IMG/VR virus record: IMGVR_UViG_3300042549_004104
Span: 263,353 to 327,352 of that record
Source: a virus
Taxonomy: Duplodnaviria; Heunggongvirae; Uroviricota; Caudoviricetes
Direction: 5' to 3' (one strand)
DNA length: 64,000 nt
The notes under the pieces were generated by a model, which was given only the letters and a program-made list of their open reading frames with translations, did no database searches and was not told the DNA's origin. Below, in pieces: positions 46,912-56,369 of this stretch; position 1 is the first letter of the stretch, and each line of letters starts with the position of its first letter. A program made the translations under genes and the position numbers.

Positions 46912-47241
46912 ATGGAAGCAGTGGTAGAGACTACAGTCTGGAACGATAGCAACAAAGCTAATCATACCTATCTACTAGATGGATCTAAAATGATTGCATA
47001 CATCAAAGTAGGCGCCACTGCTCCCTTCTATTTTAACAAACCGATTACAATAGACAAACGAGGTCGTAAATTTCAAACACTTAGGGTTAACCCTTTTAAA
47101 AAGATCAAGGAAAAATCTACAGTAATTAAAATTACCGGTAGTAAAGGAAATATATATAGTATTGATACAGAAGAAAAAACATGCACGTGTCCTGGATTCA
47201 TGTATCGTGGTAGTTGTAAACACATAACGGAGTTGGTATGA
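46912..47241 (+). CDS. small protein with a C-terminal SWIM-type zinc finger (CTCPGFMYRGSCKH)
   Basis: CxCx(9)CxH spacing. Confidence 0.5.
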   Translation: MEAVVETTVWNDSNKANHTYLLDGSKMIAYIKVGATAPFYFNKPITIDKRGRKFQTLRVNPFKKIKEKSTVIKITGSKGNIYSIDTEEKTCTCPGFMYRGSCKHITELV

Positions 47242-47378
47242 ATAAATTTACTTTGCAAAAAAATAGTTGGATTTCATTTGAAATGTTGCTAGTGTGTATT
47301 GCACTAGTAGGATTTCCCTTTATGATATTTTGTTTAGCAACAGGGATAAAATTAGCAGAATTAATGTTTGGATAAGTA

Positions 47379-48220
47379 TGAAAATAGCAGTATGCAGTGA
47401 CCTTCATTTAGAGTTTATGGACATTATCCTCAAGAACGAGGAAGATGCAGAGGTCCTCATCCTGTCCGGCGACATTATGATTGCCGAAGATTTACACAAT
47501 CATCCACCCGTACATCCCAATGATCCTGTTAATATCCCGAACTTAGGTCGTAGACAAGAAACTGCATTACGATTCCGTGACTTCCTAAGTCGTTGTAGTT
47601 TTCAATTTCCGCATGTTTTATATATAGCGGGTAATCATGAATTCTATCATGGTCGTTGGAGTGCTAGTATCCAACACTTGCGTGACGAGTGTGCAAGATA
47701 TCCTAATGTTTATTTCCTTGAAAATGATATCAAGGTTATCAATGATATAACATTCATTGGTGCAACACTATGGACAGACTGTAACAAAGCTGATCCATTA
47801 ACATTGCATGCCTTGCAAGACATGATGAATGACTTTAGAGTGATTCGGAATGATGAACTTGGATACACTAAATTGCGTCCTGCTCATATTGCTATGCGCC
47901 ACAAGAAAACTTTAGAATACTTCAAAATTGTACTAAGTAACTTGAAGGAAGATAAAGTAGTTATCGTTGGTCATCACAGTCCTAGTCATTTGAGTATCCA
48001 TGAAAAATACAAAGGTCAAGACTTGATGAACGGTGGATATCACAGTGACTTGAGTGAATTCATTTTGGATCATCCCCAAATTAAAGTATGGACTCATGGT
48101 CATACACATGATCCATTTGACTATATGATTGGTGAAACACGAATCGTATGTAATCCGAGAGGTTACAGTGGTTGGGACGAAAATGCGGATAAATTCCAAT
48201 TAAAATATATAGAATTATGA
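47379..48220 (+). CDS. calcineurin-like metallophosphoesterase
   Basis: The MPE motifs are present in order: VCSDLH, GDIM, GNHEF, GHHSP, GHTHD. Start taken at MKIAVCSDLH; the ORF track begins at 47294. Confidence 0.75.
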
Positions 48221-48933
48221 AAAAACATTTATTTATTATTACAAGTGCTATTAACACAAAGTTTGGAAGTTATGATCCAGATCAAAGGTTGTTACAGACC
48301 TTTGATACCTTTAATACAATCAGAGAACGAGTACCTGATGCTAAAATTATAATCGTAGAATCGTCTGGTTATAAATTAGAACAGGAAAAGTTAGACATAT
48401 TGAGTAGTAAAACAAACGGTGTTATCAACATGAGTGGTGATCCGGCCATACAAAGGTATTATAATGGCACTGATAATTGGGATATCGTAAAGAATATGTG
48501 TGAGATTATGTGCTTTGGTTCAGCGTTGCAGGTTATTGAAGACAACACCAATTTCTTAAAAGAATGTGATGTTGTGCATAAGTTGTCCGGACGTTATGTA
48601 CTGACTGATGATTTTAATTTAGAAAATTATGAGAAGTACCCGGATAAAATTATTTACCATGAAAAAATACAAAGCCAATTTGATCCGGCATTTGTAGGTA
48701 TACCATATCAATATCCATCTATGTTATATTCTTGGGCTATTTCACAACACAATGTTATAAAAGATTTTTATAAAAAAGCAACAACTGAATTGTCAACCAG
48801 ATTATCACAGGGAAAATATGCAGATATAGAACACCTTATGTGGTCCATAATTCCTGAGGAATGTGTACAAGAAGTGCCTATGATAGGTGTTATGGGACGT
48901 TTAGGTCAAAATCGTGTACAAGTGTTTAGATAA
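48217..48933 (+). CDS. hypothetical protein (238 aa)
   Basis: ATGA-coupled ORF. Confidence 0.5.
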   Translation: MKKHLFIITSAINTKFGSYDPDQRLLQTFDTFNTIRERVPDAKIIIVESSGYKLEQEKLDILSSKTNGVINMSGDPAIQRYYNGTDNWDIVKNMCEIMCFGSALQVIEDNTNFLKECDVVHKLSGRYVLTDDFNLENYEKYPDKIIYHEKIQSQFDPAFVGIPYQYPSMLYSWAISQHNVIKDFYKKATTELSTRLSQGKYADIEHLMWSIIPEECVQEVPMIGVMGRLGQNRVQVFR

Positions 48934-48979
48934 TTGGAAAAAGAAATATAAATTTTGGGTACCTGAATGTCCAAATATA

Positions 48980-49008
48980 TTGCTTATCAGAAAAAATTCG
49001 TATATAAT
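48980..49008 (+). promoter_or_regulatory. sigma70-like promoter (TTGCTT-17-TATAAT)
   Basis: tTTGCTTatcagaaaaaattcgtaTATAATc. Confidence 0.5.
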
Positions 49009-49055
49009 CTATGTACGTTGTGAGAGCAACGAATCATTATTAGAAGGAAATTAAC

Positions 49056-49307
49056 ATGATGACAAAAAGTGAACGCCTATTAGAGGCACTACGTAAAGGT
49101 GAAGAACTCACTGCAAAGCAAATCACACACCGTTTTGATATTGCTAATCCAACTGCATCCGTAAGCGCATTGCGTTTCAATGGTTATGCAATTTACGCTA
49201 ACAAGCGTACTAACAAACTTGGTCAGACTTTCACCAAGTATCGTTTGGGTACTCCTAGTCGTGCAGTTATAGCCGCAGGCTATCGTGCATTGGCATTGGG
49301 CGTATAA
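49056..49307 (+). CDS. small protein, possibly DNA-binding
   Basis: GGAAA SD; 83 aa. Followed by a terminator. Confidence 0.45.
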   Translation: MMTKSERLLEALRKGEELTAKQITHRFDIANPTASVSALRFNGYAIYANKRTNKLGQTFTKYRLGTPSRAVIAAGYRALALGV

Positions 49308-49333
49308 TCTTAGGATTGTAGTTGTTTCATATA

Positions 49334-49363
49334 AAGGGTGATTCGTCACCCTTTTCTGTTTTC
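49334..49363 (+). terminator. rho-independent terminator
   Basis: aagggtga-ttcg-tcaccctt stem followed by a T-rich tract. Confidence 0.7.
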
Positions 49364-49406
49364 TATAAATCAATTTTGTGCTATAATAGACAAAAGGAGA
49401 ATTTGA

Positions 49407-49934
49407 ATGGGTTTGTTTCACAAGGTTATGAATAAATTAGGTCGTTATCGTTTGATTCCAGACCGTCGAACTGGTGCCGATTATATGCATCGTTACTATA
49501 TCTTTTTAAAAGATAGAAAATGGTTTCCATTCAATGTCACACTACACAAGATTGTGAAAAGTGATGATCCAATCTTTCATGACCATCCTTGGCCTTATAT
49601 GACTATCATCCTTAAAGGTGGTTATTGGGAACATACTCCTGTATTTAATTCAGAAGGTAAAATATTCGCAGAGTTTCAAACATGGCGTGGTCCAGGTAGT
49701 ATCATCTTGCGTGGTTCTAAAGAATTTCATTGGTTGGAACTTGATGAAGAAAAAGGTCCTGCAACTACATTATTTTTCATGGGTCCTCAAGTACGTGATT
49801 GGGGATTTTTAATAAACAAATCAAAGTCAAAGCATCAATGGATTCAACACCAAAACTATTTGGATAACTATCAAGAATATCATAAAAAGTATATTGAACC
49901 AAAAATTGCAATAGCAAACAGAAAGAAAGTATAA
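49407..49934 (+). CDS. hypothetical protein
   Basis: AAGGAGA SD. Confidence 0.5.
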   Translation: MGLFHKVMNKLGRYRLIPDRRTGADYMHRYYIFLKDRKWFPFNVTLHKIVKSDDPIFHDHPWPYMTIILKGGYWEHTPVFNSEGKIFAEFQTWRGPGSIILRGSKEFHWLELDEEKGPATTLFFMGPQVRDWGFLINKSKSKHQWIQHQNYLDNYQEYHKKYIEPKIAIANRKKV

Positions 49935-50164
49935 TGTATATCACACTAACAAACGCCGCACTGTCACATAAAGGAAATAAAATATCAATTAATACAGATA
50001 TCATTGCTACCGTATATCAAACACAAAACTTAGCAAAGATGGAAGATGGTATTATTGAGAATATTACTTATGTATTTTGTCCCCCACATGGCACATGGGA
50101 AGTAGAAGAATCACTTGAAGAAGTAGTTAAAATTTTAAATGATTATGAATGGAATAATAAATGA
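49934..50164 (+). CDS. hypothetical protein
   Basis: Coupled ORF. Confidence 0.4.
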   Translation: MYITLTNAALSHKGNKISINTDIIATVYQTQNLAKMEDGIIENITYVFCPPHGTWEVEESLEEVVKILNDYEWNNK

Positions 50165-50442
50165 ATGAAGATTTGAGAGAAGTAATGCTAATCCTGCAAG
50201 AAGAATGTGCAGAGGTTACCCAAGCAATTAGTAAATGTTTTAGATTTGGTCCTGACCAAATGAAGCCTGGTAAGGATCGTACTAACATCAATATGCTTGA
50301 AGAAGAAATTGGAGACTTGTTTGCTATGGTTGAATTACTTACTGACCTAGATGTTGGTGTAACAGTTGAAGGTATTCAACAAGCTAAAATGAAAAAATTT
50401 GAAAAACTTAAGATTTGGTCTGATTTAAAAATCAATAAATAA
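50161..50442 (+). CDS. MazG-like nucleotide pyrophosphohydrolase (single-domain)
   Basis: LQEECAEV....EEEIGDLFAMV EExxE/D metal-binding pattern in a 93-aa all-alpha protein. Confidence 0.6.
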   Translation: MNEDLREVMLILQEECAEVTQAISKCFRFGPDQMKPGKDRTNINMLEEEIGDLFAMVELLTDLDVGVTVEGIQQAKMKKFEKLKIWSDLKINK

Positions 50443-50446
50443 TATC

Positions 50447-50821
50447 ATGGAATTATTTACTGTTTTTATTGCCTTTATAGCTGGTTTCATAATCGGCGAA
50501 GGATTTGTTTTATTCAAATTACGCAATGTACTAAAGACTTTGGCGAGTGTTCAAGGAATAGATGTTGAAAAAGAATTAGAAAAAGCAAAAGAAGAACAAG
50601 AAATTATCATATATAACATACAACGACTTGAAATTGAGCAAGTAAATGATACATTATACCTTTATGATAGGTTAAATCATATCTTTATCTGTCAAGCAAC
50701 CAGCATTGAAGAACTCGCAAAATTATGTAAATCCTATAATAACATAGTGTCAGCTACAGTTATATATCAAGATAAAGTCTTTATATTTGACGATGGTACA
50801 GTACAGGAATATACGCAATGA
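50447..50821 (+). CDS. hypothetical protein with an N-terminal TM helix
   Basis: ORF only. Confidence 0.45.
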   Translation: MELFTVFIAFIAGFIIGEGFVLFKLRNVLKTLASVQGIDVEKELEKAKEEQEIIIYNIQRLEIEQVNDTLYLYDRLNHIFICQATSIEELAKLCKSYNNIVSATVIYQDKVFIFDDGTVQEYTQ

Positions 50822-51357
50822 AAATTAAAATAAATAACTGGACTAAAACCACAAATCGCAGAAAAGTCAATATTCAAATAGACAGCTGGGATACATGGAA
50901 TATGGATAGAACTCTTGCATTAATTATTCATCCTATGCTTATTCAATTACGTGATACCAAACATGGAGTTCCCGGTGAATTAGTGAATGATGTAGGAGGT
51001 GAAGATTATTCGGAACAAGAAAGTTTTGACTTTTACAAAGAAACACACAAAGAAACATGGGAGATTGCGGCAAAACGTTGGGATGAAATACTTGACAAGA
51101 TGATTTGGAGTTTTGGACAACTTGCATATGAAGATTATGATGAAAAATACCATCATGGCAAGGGTGAATATGATTGGATTAAGACTGATAAAACTTTTCC
51201 TAATCCAATTACAGGTAAAATAGAAGCAACATTTCAAATGGTTGACAAAAATCCAAATGGACACTGGTATGATTATGTTGGACACCAAAAACATGAAGAA
51301 CGTATTCAAGAAGGTCTTGATTTGTTTGGTCAGTACTTTAGAAATCTTTGGGACTAA
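50818..51357 (+). CDS. hypothetical protein
   Basis: ATGA-coupled ORF. Confidence 0.5.
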   Translation: MKIKINNWTKTTNRRKVNIQIDSWDTWNMDRTLALIIHPMLIQLRDTKHGVPGELVNDVGGEDYSEQESFDFYKETHKETWEIAAKRWDEILDKMIWSFGQLAYEDYDEKYHHGKGEYDWIKTDKTFPNPITGKIEATFQMVDKNPNGHWYDYVGHQKHEERIQEGLDLFGQYFRNLWD

Positions 51358-51884
51358 TGAAAGAAAAATTTATTAAATATTTTATGGATGTTGCTGAACG
51401 TACCAGTCAGTTAAGTCATGCAATACGATTGAAAGTTGGTGCTATCATTGTTAAAGATGATAGAATAGTTAGTATAGGATACAACGGCATGCCTTCTGGT
51501 TGGGAAAACAATTGTGAACATATTGAGTATATGAGTAGTGATGCAGGAGGTTGGCTAGATCCTGATGAGATTAAAGAACAATGGCCTTTTGAGGAAGATG
51601 ATTTTCATCCTGATCTAGGTTATGCAAGAAGATATAAATTAATAACCAAACCAGAAGTACTACATGCAGAATCTAATGCACTTGCTAAGTTGGCTAAATC
51701 TAACGAGTCGGGTATGGGTGCTACCTTGTTTATTACCCATGCGCCATGTTTAGATTGTGCCAAACTTATATACCAGAGTGGTATTAATAACGTCTTATAC
51801 CGTAACACTTATCGCAGTGATGATGGTATAAATTTCTTAAACAAAAGTGGAGTCAATGTCACCAGACACTCAATACAAAACTGA
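51348..51884 (+). CDS. dCMP deaminase (cytidine/deoxycytidylate deaminase zinc-binding family)
   Basis: HAESNAL and PCLDCAK zinc-ligand motifs with spacing typical of phage and bacterial dCMP deaminases. Confidence 0.85.
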   Translation: MGLMKEKFIKYFMDVAERTSQLSHAIRLKVGAIIVKDDRIVSIGYNGMPSGWENNCEHIEYMSSDAGGWLDPDEIKEQWPFEEDDFHPDLGYARRYKLITKPEVLHAESNALAKLAKSNESGMGATLFITHAPCLDCAKLIYQSGINNVLYRNTYRSDDGINFLNKSGVNVTRHSIQN

Positions 51885-52056
51885 AATTGACATTAAGTTT
51901 GGGCAGCTTGCACCCGTCATGCATTGGTGTCAAACTCAATGTGTTGCAGATTGGGGATATGATATAAAAGGTATGGCTGGATTTCATCCCGGTAAATACA
52001 CATTTTACTTTGAATCAGAAACAGATTACATCAACTTTATACTTTGGAAAAAATGA
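51856..52056 (+). CDS. hypothetical protein
   Basis: GGAG SD before the ATG at 51856. Confidence 0.4.
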   Translation: MSPDTQYKTEIDIKFGQLAPVMHWCQTQCVADWGYDIKGMAGFHPGKYTFYFESETDYINFILWKK

Positions 52057-52298
52057 AATATTTTAAATTTTATCGTGAGTCAAATAAATTTAATGATATT
52101 CTTACTGATAAGAATATAAAAAAATATGTTGACGAGGTTGTAACTTGGAAAAACTATTGCCTATTAGGCATACCTAGACATTTCGTTGATGACATTGCTA
52201 GTTACATTATATTGAAATACGGTGATGATCTACGTGATAGTTTTACTAAAGACTATTCACCTATACCAAATGTAGACTATACACCTATCAGACGTTAG
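52044..52298 (+). CDS. hypothetical protein
   Basis: ORF only. Confidence 0.4.
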   Translation: MEKMKYFKFYRESNKFNDILTDKNIKKYVDEVVTWKNYCLLGIPRHFVDDIASYIILKYGDDLRDSFTKDYSPIPNVDYTPIRR

Positions 52299-52590
52299 GT
52301 TTTGTTTTATATTCAATTAATTTAAAATCTTTACCGTAACCGATTACGCATGTAATCTTATCTTTAGTTGCCAATATAGTCCAAGAATTTTCTTTTGGAT
52401 TAATCCACATTGTCATTACAGTTCCTGACACATCACTAGTCAAACCCCTAATGATGGGCACTTCACCAAACGAGTTGAATAGTCTTTTTGTAACGATTTG
52501 TGTATCATCGCATACTGCTTCTAATGGGGCAGTGAAAGTTTCTGCGTAGCTGTTTGTGCAGAACGCTAGTATTAATAAAAGTTTTCTCAT
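52288..52590 (-). CDS. secreted small protein
   Basis: Signal peptide MRKLLLILAFCTNSYA. Confidence 0.5.
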   Translation of the reverse strand: MRKLLLILAFCTNSYAETFTAPLEAVCDDTQIVTKRLFNSFGEVPIIRGLTSDVSGTVMTMWINPKENSWTILATKDKITCVIGYGKDFKLIEYKTKPNV

Positions 52591-52697
52591 TGGTCAACAG
52601 TAACTATCAAAAGTAAGAATTTTGGGTTAGTAAAGGTTAAGATTGGTATTAAAGACAAGATATATAAATCATTATTCATTGTATAGTATTTAATTTA

Positions 52698-53450
52698 TTA
52701 GAAAGGAACTACACTACTTGTAGCAGTAACTGAGCCTGAAGTTGTTAGGGTTAAACTATTAGTAGAACCATCAGCCGTTACAGTACCTGTTGTGAAGGCT
52801 AATAATTTTACAGTGCTACTACTGACTGTCCCTGTTACACCAGCCCCAGTTGATCCCGGGCTAGAAATTGTCAATGTAGCAGTACTAGGAGTAAAGGTTC
52901 CTGTATATAATGCAGTGCCGCTTAAGATTCGCATATTACTTATATACCCATTTACATGGAAACTACCACCACCTGCGTAATTGCCTATATGCATAGATGA
53001 TGTCACTGGCGAAGCCTGCCACCCAGTAGTTGTTCCGCTTAAGCCTTGTGCTACACCATTTCTATAAATTGATAGTGTGCCACTATTGATTACACATGCA
53101 ACATGATACCATGTATCTGCACTCAATGTTGAAGTAGTCTGACAAGTAAGGCCGCTACCAACCGGAGTAAATCCTGGGCCAACACCTATTGCATTATTAC
53201 TTAATATTGATATAAATTGAAACGGGTTACCTGTATTACCATAACTCAATATTGAATAGATTTTAGCATGTGCGCCAGGAAGTATTCTAATCCAAAACTC
53301 AATCGTAGATGTTGAAGTCAATGCCAGCGCCGAATTACTAGTAACGGATATACTTCCGGTTAGGGAAGTAAAATCAGCAGAAAAAGAAGTAGGAACAACT
53401 GGCACTACCGCGCTCAATCCTCCACCAAATGTTATTCCACTAAATTCCAT
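52698..53450 (-). CDS. Ser/Thr/Gly-rich protein with a LamG/concanavalin-A-like lectin domain
   Basis: LSADTWYHVACVINSGTLSIYRNGV is a LamG-like signature. An S/T/G-rich beta region follows. Confidence 0.5.
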   Translation of the reverse strand: MEFSGITFGGGLSAVVPVVPTSFSADFTSLTGSISVTSNSALALTSTSTIEFWIRILPGAHAKIYSILSYGNTGNPFQFISILSNNAIGVGPGFTPVGSGLTCQTTSTLSADTWYHVACVINSGTLSIYRNGVAQGLSGTTTGWQASPVTSSMHIGNYAGGGSFHVNGYISNMRILSGTALYTGTFTPSTATLTISSPGSTGAGVTGTVSSSTVKLLAFTTGTVTADGSTNSLTLTTSGSVTATSSVVPF

Positions 53451-53453
53451 ATT

Positions 53454-53609
53454 TTATTTATCAACTTTTGATTTGTTATTTTTTGTTTTATCAGGACCCT
53501 TAGTTTTTGCCTCTTCCATCATTTTATTAGATGATGGACTGGCACGACGGGGTGTCGCATGATGTTTTTCGGGTTCATTTTTTCTTGGACTACGATTAAA
53601 CCAACTCAT
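53454..53609 (-). CDS. small basic protein (51 aa)
   Basis: AGGAGA SD. Below the ORF-track size cut-off. Confidence 0.35.
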   Translation of the reverse strand: MSWFNRSPRKNEPEKHHATPRRASPSSNKMMEEAKTKGPDKTKNNKSKVDK

Positions 53610-53610
53610 A

Positions 53611-53850
53611 TTATTCTCCTTGTTTTTCTTTTTGTTTTATTCCATATTGAACTTGTCGTTGTTTTTCTATAACCATTCTCATACATTGAGTTCTACGTTC
53701 ATAACTTTTAATTTTATCACAAAATGATGCACTACCACTGTAAGTTGCCATACAATAATTCTTTTCGTTTGGATCGGTTAATTTTACACAATCATTCATG
53801 TCAGCATATGCTGATATTGAAAATAAAAATAAAAATACAAAATTTTGCAT
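53611..53850 (-). CDS. secreted Cys-containing small protein
   Basis: Signal peptide. Cysteines at conserved spacing. Confidence 0.45.
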   Translation of the reverse strand: MQNFVFLFLFSISAYADMNDCVKLTDPNEKNYCMATYSGSASFCDKIKSYERRTQCMRMVIEKQRQVQYGIKQKEKQGE

Positions 53851-53875
53851 ATAAAAAAACCCCTTACGGGGTTGG

Positions 53876-54091
53876 TTATTGTTGTTGTTTTTCTAAATAC
53901 TCATTTATGCGTTGCTCTGCTTCTTCCTTAGATACAGCATAAATTTTAAATCTGCCCTTACTACCATTAATGTTAGCGTCAAATGGCATGACACCATTTA
54001 ATTGAAACCCTTCAGGTATATCTACGTTGACAATATATTCTCTCATATTTTTCATCCTATGTATTACTTGATTAATCGTTTCTGATGCCAT
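53876..54091 (-). CDS. hypothetical protein
   Basis: GGAGTAAAA SD. Confidence 0.45.
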   Translation of the reverse strand: MASETINQVIHRMKNMREYIVNVDIPEGFQLNGVMPFDANINGSKGRFKIYAVSKEEAEQRINEYLEKQQQ

Positions 54092-54143
54092 TTTTACTCC
54101 AATATGTTAAGATTATTCTCATATATTTATTCTAAATATTTAT

Positions 54144-54290
54144 ATGGAAAAAGAATCATTATCGGATCAATTAAGAACTTACCTTGAAGGTGTAGAAAGC
54201 TATTGGCTTACATTTATGGTAATTATGATAACTCTTAGTATTATTGCTGGGTTAACATTGTTTGGTGTATACCTTTATACCCGTCGTTAA
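54144..54290 (+). CDS. possible 48-aa single-TM peptide on the + strand inside the minus-strand island
   Basis: ATG..TAA ORF with a hydrophobic C-terminus (WLTFMVIMITLSIIAGLTLFGVYLY). The ribosome-binding site is weak. Confidence 0.25.
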   Translation: MEKESLSDQLRTYLEGVESYWLTFMVIMITLSIIAGLTLFGVYLYTRR

Positions 54291-54622
54291 TGCTTTAGAG
54301 GATGATTTTCTAACCATTTTTGTAAGCCTTCTGCACTTATTTTTCCGTCAAAATATTTTTTAAACCCTTTGTAAAAACGTATCTTTTCAGGGTCACCGTG
54401 AAAACTACGAAAGATTTCTTCTTCCTCTAATTGTTTTGCTATTATTATTTGGTAGCATTCAATATATGCATAGTATGTAAATAAACCAAAACAAGAAATA
54501 AACAACATTATACAAAGTATAGCTAACAAGTAATCACGCAATAATATTAATATTGCAGGAACTATAAACATGCTAAAAATTGAACCTAATAATATTAGCA
54601 ATGTTTTAGTTACTGGATTCAT
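54287..54622 (-). CDS. membrane protein (2-3 TM)
   Basis: Hydrophobic N-terminal two-thirds. Confidence 0.45.
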   Translation of the reverse strand: MNPVTKTLLILLGSIFSMFIVPAILILLRDYLLAILCIMLFISCFGLFTYYAYIECYQIIIAKQLEEEEIFRSFHGDPEKIRFYKGFKKYFDGKISAEGLQKWLENHPLKH

Positions 54623-55445
54623 TTTCTTTTTTCTTTCTTTCTTTTTCTGCTAAAAATTCTTCATAATCTTTTAATTTCTTTTGTCTCTCAAACCATTCTT
54701 GTTTACGCATTTCTGCTAGGCGAGTTTGATATGGCTTATCTTTTATAATGCTTCCCCATCTTTTTTGAGCATCATGTGCCACCCAAGCCATCATACCACT
54801 AAGTGCAAGAATTACTAAAAGACAGCCAACACCAATCGCAAATTCAAATTGATATCTAGCCATTCTTTCTTTACGTCTTTTAAGTCTAATAGCCTCTTGT
54901 TGCATTTGTTTGGTAATCAAATCCTTTTGCTGTTTGCCTAACTCTTTGGTCATTGCTTCAACTTCAGTGAATAATGCCCCAAGTTCAGGTGGACTTTGAT
55001 ATATCATTAACTCACGCAATTCTTTACCCATTTGCTCAAGTTGTTTCATCATCAATATACGTTGTAATGCACGTTTGGCTAAACTAGCATCTCCGGTATA
55101 TACTTCTGTTTTACTACGCTTTTCTTCTTCCTCTAATACTGCTAAACATTTGAAATAGCTGTCATAGTACTGTCCAAGATAATCTCCTATTTCTTGGTAT
55201 ATATTGCTGGTTTCCTGACTGCGTTTGTTTAAGTCTTTAACACGGGTTTTTTCTTCTGCAAGTTGTTTGGCTGCAGCCTCGGGAACAGGCTTGCCGTCAT
55301 ATTTTTTATGAAACTGGTCGTCAAGGTCCTTGATTACAGCTTTGATATCACCTGTGGCTGATTTGATGTCCTTGTATAGTTGACATCCTTTTTTTACAGC
55401 TTGTACGGCTCCGTTTGCTAGTGCAAACAGTGTAAATGGATCCAT
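54606..55445 (-). CDS. coiled-coil protein with a C-terminal TM anchor
   Basis: Long heptad-like charged region. TM segment FAIGVGCLLVILALSGMMAWV. Confidence 0.5.
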   Translation of the reverse strand: MDPFTLFALANGAVQAVKKGCQLYKDIKSATGDIKAVIKDLDDQFHKKYDGKPVPEAAAKQLAEEKTRVKDLNKRSQETSNIYQEIGDYLGQYYDSYFKCLAVLEEEEKRSKTEVYTGDASLAKRALQRILMMKQLEQMGKELRELMIYQSPPELGALFTEVEAMTKELGKQQKDLITKQMQQEAIRLKRRKERMARYQFEFAIGVGCLLVILALSGMMAWVAHDAQKRWGSIIKDKPYQTRLAEMRKQEWFERQKKLKDYEEFLAEKERKKKENESSN

Positions 55446-55455
55446 TGTTATTATA

Positions 55456-55500
55456 CCTCACGCTCCTACGCTGGGAGCTATCTAGTATTTAATGGATTTG
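55456..55500. repeat. intergenic conserved hairpin element, copy 1 (gctcc-tacgctg-ggagc ... agtatttaatggat)
   Basis: Read directly in the sequence; pairs with copy 2. Confidence 0.55.
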
Positions 55501-55563
55501 AAAATTTAATTTGGTTTTGAGTAAAAAGTAACCACCTACAATTAACGTATTAAACAGTTTTAA

Positions 55564-55605
55564 CTCATGCCCCTACGCTGGGGCTTGAGTATTTAACGGA
55601 TCTTG
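55564..55605. repeat. intergenic conserved hairpin element, copy 2 (gcccc-tacgctg-gggc ... agtatttaacggat)
   Basis: Same loop and flanking sequence as copy 1, with compensatory stem changes. Confidence 0.55.
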
Positions 55606-55639
55606 ACGCTAGATTAACAAGTGGTTAATTAGAACGGTA

Positions 55640-56338
55640 TTACGCTGTGAACGATATAGTTTTTACAAATCCATCTAGAGGATTCTCTGGAGTAGGAGTA
55701 AGTGATGTATAAGTTGCTTCATACCAGTCTTGCCCCGAATTGTAGGTAAAAGCAGAAGTCAATGTTAATTCATAACTAGTAGTATAATATACAATATCTA
55801 TTACTGTGCTAGTAGGCAACGCCAGTATAGTTGCAGTACTTGTGATCCAATTATTTGAATTGATTATCAGCTTGTTCGATCCAATCTGTGTTATTATCAC
55901 ACCCCCTGAATTATAATTAGCCCCACCACTTGTGTAAGATATCGGAGAACCTGATGTGAACGAGATAGTAGTTACGAATCCATCTAGAGGATTCTCTGGA
56001 GTAGGAGTAAGTGATGTATAAGTTGCTTCATACCAGTCTTGCTCCGAATTGTAGGTAAAAGCAGAAGTCAGTGTTAATTCATAATTAGTACTTCCAAAAT
56101 ATACAACATCTATTACTGTGCTAGAAGGCAACGCTAGTATAGTTGCAGTACTTGTGGTCCAAGCACCTGGATTGATTATCAGCTTGTTCCCTCCAATCTG
56201 TGTTATTATCACACCTCCTGAATTATAATTAGTCCCCTGACTTGTGTAAGATGTTGTCCCACCGCCCCCGCCTGCCGGTGCGTCTGCTTGAATGCCTGCT
56301 CCAATTGTAATTCCTGACCCTATTGTTATAACTCCCAT
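55640..56338 (-). CDS. beta-rich protein made of two tandem copies of a ~100-aa domain
   Basis: Nucleotide blocks ~55664-55965 and ~55966-56275 are about 85-90% identical. Protein repeats read GANYNSGGVIITQIG.NKLIIN...STATILALP.STVID.VY....YELTLTSAFTYNS.QDWYEATYTSLTPTPENPLDGFV.TISFT. Confidence 0.55.
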   Translation of the reverse strand: MGVITIGSGITIGAGIQADAPAGGGGGTTSYTSQGTNYNSGGVIITQIGGNKLIINPGAWTTSTATILALPSSTVIDVVYFGSTNYELTLTSAFTYNSEQDWYEATYTSLTPTPENPLDGFVTTISFTSGSPISYTSGGANYNSGGVIITQIGSNKLIINSNNWITSTATILALPTSTVIDIVYYTTSYELTLTSAFTYNSGQDWYEATYTSLTPTPENPLDGFVKTISFTA

Positions 56339-56369
56339 AATTTATCCCTTTATATAAAATTTTCTACTA

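Noticed and set aside
55640-56338. Possible diversity-generating retroelement variable/template repeat pair
   Set aside because: Both repeats lie inside one ORF. The substitutions are not adenine-specific, and no reverse transcriptase gene is present in the window.
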